From a virus, in IMG/VR virus record IMGVR_UViG_3300045988_072096: a stretch of DNA of 64,000 nucleotides. The stretch is one strand, 5' to 3'. This document shows positions 59,136 to 64,000 of the stretch, one piece after another (position 1 is the stretch's first letter; every line of letters begins with the position of its first letter). The position numbers and the translations under genes were made by a program. The notes under the pieces were generated by a model that was not told the origin of the DNA, made no database searches, and worked only from the letters and a program-made list of their open reading frames with translations.

Positions 59136-59338
59136 CTGTACGTTTGTTTTTTGTTTGTTTTAAATCTGGTTTTCAGCTTAAACTTAAATAGCGTATTGAA
59201 TAATATGTCTTTAGTTTCGTCTCCCTTCATCAAGTCTACTGTTTGTTTAAAAGGATGTTTACATACACTACTTACAATCTATTCATCTATATTAAGTTTT
59301 TTAGATACTTCTTTTATGATATCATCTATATCAATCAT
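59132..59338 (-). CDS. Hypothetical small protein, 68 aa, with one in-frame TAG. It is missing from the ORF track.
   Basis: ATG 59338 is nested in the end of the upstream gene. The sequence reads MIDIDDIIKEVSKKLNIDE(Q)IVSSVCKHPFKQTVDLMKGDETKDILFNTLFKFKLKTRF... with the TAG at 59279-59281. TGA 59132-59134 forms an ATGA overlap with the next gene. The ORF fills a 195-nt region that would otherwise look intergenic. Confidence 0.5.
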
Positions 59339-59738
59339 TCTTTACGGCAACAATATCGAAATATCTGATAAGTCTACTATCTTTAAGTAGATCAAAAGGC
59401 ATTGTTCTAGTATGTTTGTAAAGAATAACATCTCCAACTTTTATTTCCATCAAAGTCGAATGGTTATTAGTTTCTTTGTATGTAATAGGAACTTTAATTA
59501 CAACACCTTGCTGATAATCAGATTCTACTTCTTTTACCTCGGTTTTAGGAGTTCCTTCAACAGCTTCTACGCCATCAGCATCCTTAACCGGTTTACTATT
59601 TGGAAGCTCTGTAACTTCCTTCTTTACCATAATCTTGTCCAGCGGTTTTACAAGAAAGCAATCATGAAATGTATAAGGGATTTTTTCTGCAACGCTTTCT
59701 GCTAACTGCGACTGATTCATCAATTTCTCTTCGTTCAT
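59331..59738 (-). CDS. GroES-like co-chaperonin, 135 aa
   Basis: The pattern LVKPLDKIMVKK...QGVVIKVP...IKVGDVILYK...YFDIVAV follows the GroES/gp31 signature. It has a TGA stop, and its ATG forms an ATGA overlap with the upstream gene. Confidence 0.5.
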   Translation of the reverse strand: MNEEKLMNQSQLAESVAEKIPYTFHDCFLVKPLDKIMVKKEVTELPNSKPVKDADGVEAVEGTPKTEVKEVESDYQQGVVIKVPITYKETNNHSTLMEIKVGDVILYKHTRTMPFDLLKDSRLIRYFDIVAVKND

Positions 59739-60136
59739 TTTCTAAGGTTCTTTAGGTGGTTAAGAGTTTTAATGAGATTTTTAAGTACAGTAGTCTTTTC
59801 TACTTTAAGACATTCGGGAACATTATCCATATCAGTGTCAATGTTCTTGAGATCGCTTGTGTATGTATTAAGCATCTTATCGATCTCATTGAATACATTC
59901 ACGAAAGGCTTCTTAGGTTCGTCCATATCAACAATTCCCTCTTCTGCCATTTCCTTCATATAATCAGCAGATACTGTAAATTCTGATATAAGCGATGATT
60001 TAAAATCGCCAGAATCATCAGTACGAGTAAACTCATCATGCTGCTTAGCAGTATAACTACCATCTTCATTCAGCTCAAATGTATCACCAGGAACCAAATG
60101 CATAAACGGTTTAATAACATTTAATGTTTTTGTCAT
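59735..60136 (-). CDS. Hypothetical protein, 133 aa, the first gene of the minus-strand block
   Basis: This corresponds to ORF 59735..60220. The internal ATG 60136 (MTKTLNVIKPF) is preferred, leaving a divergent intergenic region of about 180 nt. Confidence 0.55.
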   Translation of the reverse strand: MTKTLNVIKPFMHLVPGDTFELNEDGSYTAKQHDEFTRTDDSGDFKSSLISEFTVSADYMKEMAEEGIVDMDEPKKPFVNVFNEIDKMLNTYTSDLKNIDTDMDNVPECLKVEKTTVLKNLIKTLNHLKNLRK

Positions 60137-60182
60137 AGCTTCTATTTTTGTTTTACGCCGCCTTAACGTAGTGACGTACACA

Positions 60183-60217
60183 TTTGGTTGCAATAGGTAA
60201 ATATTTTTATAATTTTG
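60183..60217 (+). promoter_or_regulatory. Candidate Bacteroidota-type promoter (-33 TTTG, -7 TAnnTTTG) for the plus-strand block
   Basis: TTTG is at 60183-60186 and TAATTTTG is at 60210-60217, within the divergent intergenic region. The 23-nt spacer is slightly longer than I recall for the consensus. Confidence 0.3.
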
Positions 60218-60319
60218 CAACTTTTTCGTGTATTTTACGTTATGTCGGCATAAGAAGGGGGACTATAGGGGGTTAATAAACTTATATAGTCTATATTAAC
60301 ATAAGACTAATAGATTTGT

Positions 60320-60799
60320 ATGAATGATATAGAATTAAATGCTATTTTATACTACGCTGATCTTCTAAGTCTAAAAGAAACTTCTACACCAGTAACAGAT
60401 AACTGTAAGTGGTATTTCGTACATAACATGCCTATGAATAGTGCATGTATAGTAAATCTAATGCCTACATATGATGAAAATAATAAATATTTCATACAGG
60501 CTAAAGAAGATTACTATAGACTAAAAGAGAAGTTCTTAGACGATGGGGTTAAAAGTATTGTAGGACACATATGCAATTTGGATGCTCTTGGCTGTATAAA
60601 TGCAGAGCAAATGCTCAAGTGTATACACCAATATAGTTCTCGTAGGGAACGAGCATAGTCATTCAGTAAATACTATAATTGGAAGAATAATCAAATATTT
60701 ACGCATAAAACAATCAATGAGAACGGAGATGTAGTAGAACAAGAATGTACAAAATATGTGTTACACGCTGAAATAGGCCGCAGAGGACATACGCTTTAA
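60320..60799 (+). CDS. Hypothetical protein. It is 112 aa if TAG 60656 terminates translation and 159 aa if TAG is read through to TAA 60797.
   Basis: ORF 60320..60658 ends in TAG. The same frame stays open for 46 more codons (SFSKYYNWKNNQIFTHKTINENGDVVEQECTKYVLHAEIGRRGHTL) before TAA, which is unlikely by chance in AT-rich DNA. Confidence 0.55.
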
Positions 60800-60873
60800 G
60801 AAAGCAGTAGAATGGCTAAAAAAGGATTAGAAAACCCGCTTAGAAAACGGGTATTACGATAAAGATAATTTAT

Positions 60874-61236
60874 ATGGGAAAGATTTGTAAATACGCTAAT
60901 ATATATAGCAAAGAGTGCACTTCTTATAATTGTAAAGACCACATTATACGTCACGTAGACGATAATGGCGTACTTAAGGACTATACAATGGAAGATCTCG
61001 AACAATTAGTAGACAACCTTGGTAACGATAAAGATGAGAACGGTAAAATACGTAACATTGAAGCTTTCAATAACGCCTCATCTATACTGTTACAATACTA
61101 TCAGAAATACGGATATCCGCACAAAGACGAGTTGTTAAATATGTTAAGTAAAGCAAAACAACGTCCAATTGAAGAACAAGTAACTGATGCATTAAACGAT
61201 ACATACGATGAATACGAAGAAATTAAAGAAGCCTAA
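60874..61236 (+). CDS. Hypothetical protein, 120 aa
   Basis: This is an intact ORF with a TAA stop. Confidence 0.6.
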   Translation: MGKICKYANIYSKECTSYNCKDHIIRHVDDNGVLKDYTMEDLEQLVDNLGNDKDENGKIRNIEAFNNASSILLQYYQKYGYPHKDELLNMLSKAKQRPIEEQVTDALNDTYDEYEEIKEA

Positions 61237-61642
61237 CGTATATTCGTATAAATGCGATATATATCCAACCAAATTAGACATAATGTTTGATATAAATTGC
61301 ATAGAGTATTTAAACGATACATACGGCTGGGCAGATGCTCCAGATGCACTATTTGTACAAGATGACGATGATCACTACGGTTCTACGTACGATCTATTAT
61401 ACAATAAACTTGATATGTACAAAACGATACTGGTTGTATTTGATGGAATACCATCTTCTCCACAAATGGCGCATGAAGCATTTCACGTAGCAAATGGTAT
61501 CCTAAAGAGCGTAGATCTCGAGTTTAATTACAGTAAAAATACAGGCAACGAGCATTTAGCTTACATAATAGAATGGGCAGTTAAGTGCATGTGTGACGCC
61601 ATAGAAAAAGAAAAGAAATGCAAGAAAAAGAAGACAAAGTAA
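61208..61642 (+). CDS. Hypothetical small protein with an HEAFH (zincin-like) motif, 144 aa or less
   Basis: This is an intact ORF containing the motif SPQMAHEAFHVANGIL. The start is uncertain, because the listed ATG overlaps the previous gene by 29 nt. Confidence 0.5.
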   Translation: MNTKKLKKPNVYSYKCDIYPTKLDIMFDINCIEYLNDTYGWADAPDALFVQDDDDHYGSTYDLLYNKLDMYKTILVVFDGIPSSPQMAHEAFHVANGILKSVDLEFNYSKNTGNEHLAYIIEWAVKCMCDAIEKEKKCKKKKTK

Positions 61643-61869
61643 ATAGTCCTTCACATTATAGTTACCTAAAGAAGTTATGCGGTATTGAAGTAATAGACAT
61701 TACTAGACATATGGATTTTGACCTCGGTAATGCTATAAAGTACATCTTAAGAGCTGGTCATAAAACTGAAGAAGGATACGACGATAATGCTAAGACCATA
61801 GAAGATCTAAAGAAAGCAGTTTGGTATATTAACGATAAAATTAAAACACTAGAACATGAAACTAATTGA
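61618..61869 (+). CDS. DUF3310-family phage protein, 83 aa
   Basis: The pattern NSPSHY...IEVIDI...GNAIKYILRAGHK...EDLKKAVWYI is typical of DUF3310. Confidence 0.65.
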   Translation: MQEKEDKVNSPSHYSYLKKLCGIEVIDITRHMDFDLGNAIKYILRAGHKTEEGYDDNAKTIEDLKKAVWYINDKIKTLEHETN

Positions 61870-63526
61870 GCAATCATCAGAGATTTGTAAAACACACGGT
61901 TATACATTACAAGATATCTATAAAGATATAGAGCGTGCCGCTAGAGTATCATATAAATCTGAAGACAAGATAACTGAAGATAGCGCTGAAAAGATGGTTG
62001 AACGCCTCATAAATATGAAGCACTATAGCCCACTAGAGTTTGGAACCATTTACTTGAGAGTAAGAGATGTCGTATGCTGTGGAATAATATCAGAGGCACA
62101 CGCAGAAGGATGTATGGGTAAGCCATGGATACGTGTAAATAAAGTAGATGAAGTAGAGTCAGATGGCAGATATGTTACAAACTACTATATAACTACTAAT
62201 TATAGATTTATAGTAGAAAATAAACTGGGAAAGTTACTACAATATATGTGTGAACCAACTGAATATCACAAAAGACGTACTACAGTTAAATTTATAACAA
62301 ATAGAGCAATGACACACGAGTTAGTACGTCATAGATCTATGTCATTTATGCAGGAATCACAGCGATATGTATCAAGTTGCAGTAAACGTTATATTGGCGA
62401 GTATAATTGTGATAATGTAGACGACATAATTTCTGCATATATAAACGGTTTCTCAATGCGAGAAATATCAGATAATAGTTGTTTTACCGAGTGGCAAATT
62501 AGATGTATACTAAAAGAAAACAATGTACAAATAAGAGGCTTTGGTTGTCGAGGGATTGTTGATACCGATTACTTTAAACAAATAGACACAGCAGAAAAAG
62601 CTTATTTGTTGGGTATAATTCAAACAGACGGTAGCATTGTTAATAAACCAGGACATAAAAGTGTGCATATAACACAACATAAAGATTATTCTTGGTATAT
62701 AAAAGACATGTTGTTACAAATAAAAGACAAGATAACCTGTTCTCCGGATGGAGATTGTACACATTTACAATTTGGTTCAAACGATATTGTGGACGATCTC
62801 ACATCTATTGGAATTATTCCAAATAAAACGTATGATCAATCGTCGGAAGATATAGATAAATTATGGAATAGTATTCCTGAAGAATATAAGCCTGATTTTA
62901 TCAGAGGTTTAATTGATGGCGATGGGTGGGTTAGATACTTTATTCAAAAAAGAGGTGTTAATGAAAGCTGTAATATCGGATTTTGTTCGCATAACCAACA
63001 TATTGTAGATATATTAATCGACTATATAGATAAGAAATATTTCTATAAGTGTACTAAACAGTATGATGGATCTACATTTAAGCTCAGTATTTCTGATTAT
63101 AATAAATCAATAGAGATTGGCAAAGATTTATATAAGCATTTTAAGTATCCATTCGGACATCCAAAAAAAGCCGCCACTTGGATAAAAAGAATCGGAGACA
63201 CTTATCCATATGCGTCATATAAAGATTTAAAATTTCAAATGGTTGTTCCAGCATTCGATTTATCACCAATAGAAAAATTTACATATCTAAGTACACTGGA
63301 TAATATTGAAGATGCTTACGTCTCGTTGAGATCATTAGGCTTTAAACCGCAACAGGCTCGTATGATACTCCCAAATGCTACTAAAACAGAAATATATATG
63401 TGTGGATTTAATGATGATTGGGATCATTTCTTTGACCTAAGAGATAAATACGTAGTAGATCCTCAGATGTACGATCTAGCACATAAGTTACACCTAGAAT
63501 TCATAGAGAAAGGTAAATGCAAATGA
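61856..63526 (+). CDS. thyX: Flavin-dependent thymidylate synthase ThyX carrying an in-frame insertion of about 283 aa
   Basis: The ThyX signature ELVRHRSMSFMQESQRY is at aa 155-171. The C-terminal ThyX portion resumes around KFQMVVPAF...ARMILPNATKTEIYMCGFNDDWDHFFDLR. It is a single uninterrupted 556-aa ORF ending in TGA. Confidence 0.8.
   Translation: MKLIEQSSEICKTHGYTLQDIYKDIERAARVSYKSEDKITEDSAEKMVERLINMKHYSPLEFGTIYLRVRDVVCCGIISEAHAEGCMGKPWIRVNKVDEVESDGRYVTNYYITTNYRFIVENKLGKLLQYMCEPTEYHKRRTTVKFITNRAMTHELVRHRSMSFMQESQRYVSSCSKRYIGEYNCDNVDDIISAYINGFSMREISDNSCFTEWQIRCILKENNVQIRGFGCRGIVDTDYFKQIDTAEKAYLLGIIQTDGSIVNKPGHKSVHITQHKDYSWYIKDMLLQIKDKITCSPDGDCTHLQFGSNDIVDDLTSIGIIPNKTYDQSSEDIDKLWNSIPEEYKPDFIRGLIDGDGWVRYFIQKRGVNESCNIGFCSHNQHIVDILIDYIDKKYFYKCTKQYDGSTFKLSISDYNKSIEIGKDLYKHFKYPFGHPKKAATWIKRIGDTYPYASYKDLKFQMVVPAFDLSPIEKFTYLSTLDNIEDAYVSLRSLGFKPQQARMILPNATKTEIYMCGFNDDWDHFFDLRDKYVVDPQMYDLAHKLHLEFIEKGKCK
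62372..63220 (+). mobile_element. HTH plus double-LAGLIDADG endonuclease-like domain inserted in frame in thyX (approximate boundaries)
   Basis: An HTH-like segment ISAYINGFSMREISDNSCFTEWQIRCILKENNV is followed by the LAGLIDADG motifs AYLLGIIQTDGS and FIRGLIDGDGW. I could not find an intein block A (Cys/Ser-1) or a terminal HN-Cys/Ser/Thr. Confidence 0.65.
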
Positions 63527-63690
63527 AAAAACAATTAGATGAAACTGAGCGTAATAGAATGCTCAAGTTAATTGATGAAGCTAAGAAACGTGGAGAAGAC
63601 GGAATGGCTAGTATGATACAATTAGCTGTAGATCTTAGTGATAAAGGAGAATACGATAAATTCATACAAGTATTTAGTGAAAATGATTGA
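63523..63690 (+). CDS. Hypothetical small protein, 55 aa
   Basis: ATG 63523 forms an ATGA overlap with the thyX stop. The sequence is MKKQLDETERNRMLKLIDEAKKRGEDGMASMIQLAVDLSDKGEYDKFIQVFSEND, ending in TGA at 63688-63690. Confidence 0.5.
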   Translation: MKKQLDETERNRMLKLIDEAKKRGEDGMASMIQLAVDLSDKGEYDKFIQVFSEND

Positions 63691-63886
63691 AACATTACTA
63701 CAATTATCGGTCATAATTGGTATAGGTTTCTTTGTCGCCTGGGTAGTATCTCCAGATAAAAACGTAGAAACATATAGGAAATATATTAAAAATATAATCG
63801 AATCTACCGTAACTGATGCATTTAGTTTATATCCAGACCAGAAAGATGCGATAATATATATTAGAAAGAGATTATTGGGTAATTAA
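63683..63886 (+). CDS. Small membrane protein, 67 aa
   Basis: I prefer ATG 63683 (MIETLLQLSVIIGIGFFVAWVV...), which overlaps the previous stop, over the listed 63638 start. It has one TM helix and a TAA stop. Confidence 0.5.
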   Translation: MIETLLQLSVIIGIGFFVAWVVSPDKNVETYRKYIKNIIESTVTDAFSLYPDQKDAIIYIRKRLLGN

Positions 63887-63890
63887 TATA

Positions 63891-63925
63891 ATCCGGGTTA
63901 GCCTAGCTAGCTCGGATTTTTTTTG
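63891..63925 (+). terminator. Rho-independent terminator ending the plus-strand block
   Basis: An 11-bp stem atccgggttag / ctagctcggat (with G.U pairs) and a 5-nt loop is followed by T8 at 63918-63925. Confidence 0.7.
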
Positions 63926-64000
63926 TTTTTTATTTTTTAAAATTTTTTATTTTACGGGCATATAAAGAGGAAACAAAAGTTTTTTGTAATATGAGTGTAG

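Noticed and set aside
62372-63220. Calling the thyX insertion a canonical intein
   Set aside because: It has no Cys/Ser-initiated block A, no TxxH block B and no C-terminal His-Asn followed by Cys/Ser/Thr. The only HN is in SHNQ, in the middle of the insert. It is therefore reported as an endonuclease-domain insertion of uncertain nature.
1-64000. TGA-to-Trp or TAA recoding as an alternative explanation for the fragmented ORFs
   Set aside because: I found no in-frame TGA or TAA inside any of the long fused frames. TGA and TAA occur exactly at gene ends, often in ATGA or TAATG overlaps. Only TAG behaves as an internal codon.
1-64000. Lysogeny or integration functions, toxin-antitoxin systems, or known defence and anti-defence systems
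   Set aside because: I recognised no integrase, recombinase, repressor, or defence or anti-defence signature. The N-terminus of ORF 60320 vaguely recalls DUF4065/Panacea-type proteins, but I could not support that from motifs.

Overview
This AT-rich 64-kb window looks like a contiguous piece of a crAss-like (Crassvirales-type) podophage genome. All homology calls are motif recognition by eye, and all coordinates come from hand translation.

Gene layout:
- Positions 1-60136 are almost entirely minus-strand genes. In transcription order they are a middle block, a packaging and head block, a lysis cassette, tail genes, and two giant ejected-protein genes.
- The middle block holds a GroES-like gene, a tRNA cluster, a PI-PLC-like gene, dUTPase and two tail-fibre genes.
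- The packaging and head block holds a small-terminase candidate, TerL, portal, a virion glucosaminidase, a scaffold protein and the major capsid protein.
- Positions 60320-63886 are a divergent plus-strand block that includes DUF3310 and ThyX.

Main observation: the ORF track is shattered because TAG is used as a sense codon.
- Every break I checked inside the long minus-strand frames is TAG, never TAA or TGA.
- Reading through TAG fuses the fragments into tightly packed genes, often with ATGA or TAATG stop-start overlaps.
- An amber-suppressor tRNA with anticodon CUA lies at 57464-57535.
- TAG falls inside CAA-encoded poly-Q runs and at a conserved Gln of a GIY-YIG endonuclease, so TAG->Gln is the best reading.

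What read-through reveals:
- A single 5,866-codon ORF (5138-22738) with 87 in-frame TAGs by my hand count. It carries the DxDxD motif of the crAss virion RNA polymerase, a zincin motif and a PD-(D/E)xK-like motif.
- A second giant ORF that runs off the left edge of the window.

The window is also unusually rich in selfish genetic elements:
- TerL contains a 353-aa LAGLIDADG intein and, 10 nt downstream, a 223-nt ORF-less putative group I intron.
- dut is split by a 927-nt group I intron with near-consensus P, Q, R and S elements and an HNH endonuclease ORF.
- thyX carries an in-frame HTH plus double-LAGLIDADG insertion that lacks intein splicing blocks.
- A free-standing GIY-YIG endonuclease with a +1 frame break follows the portal gene.
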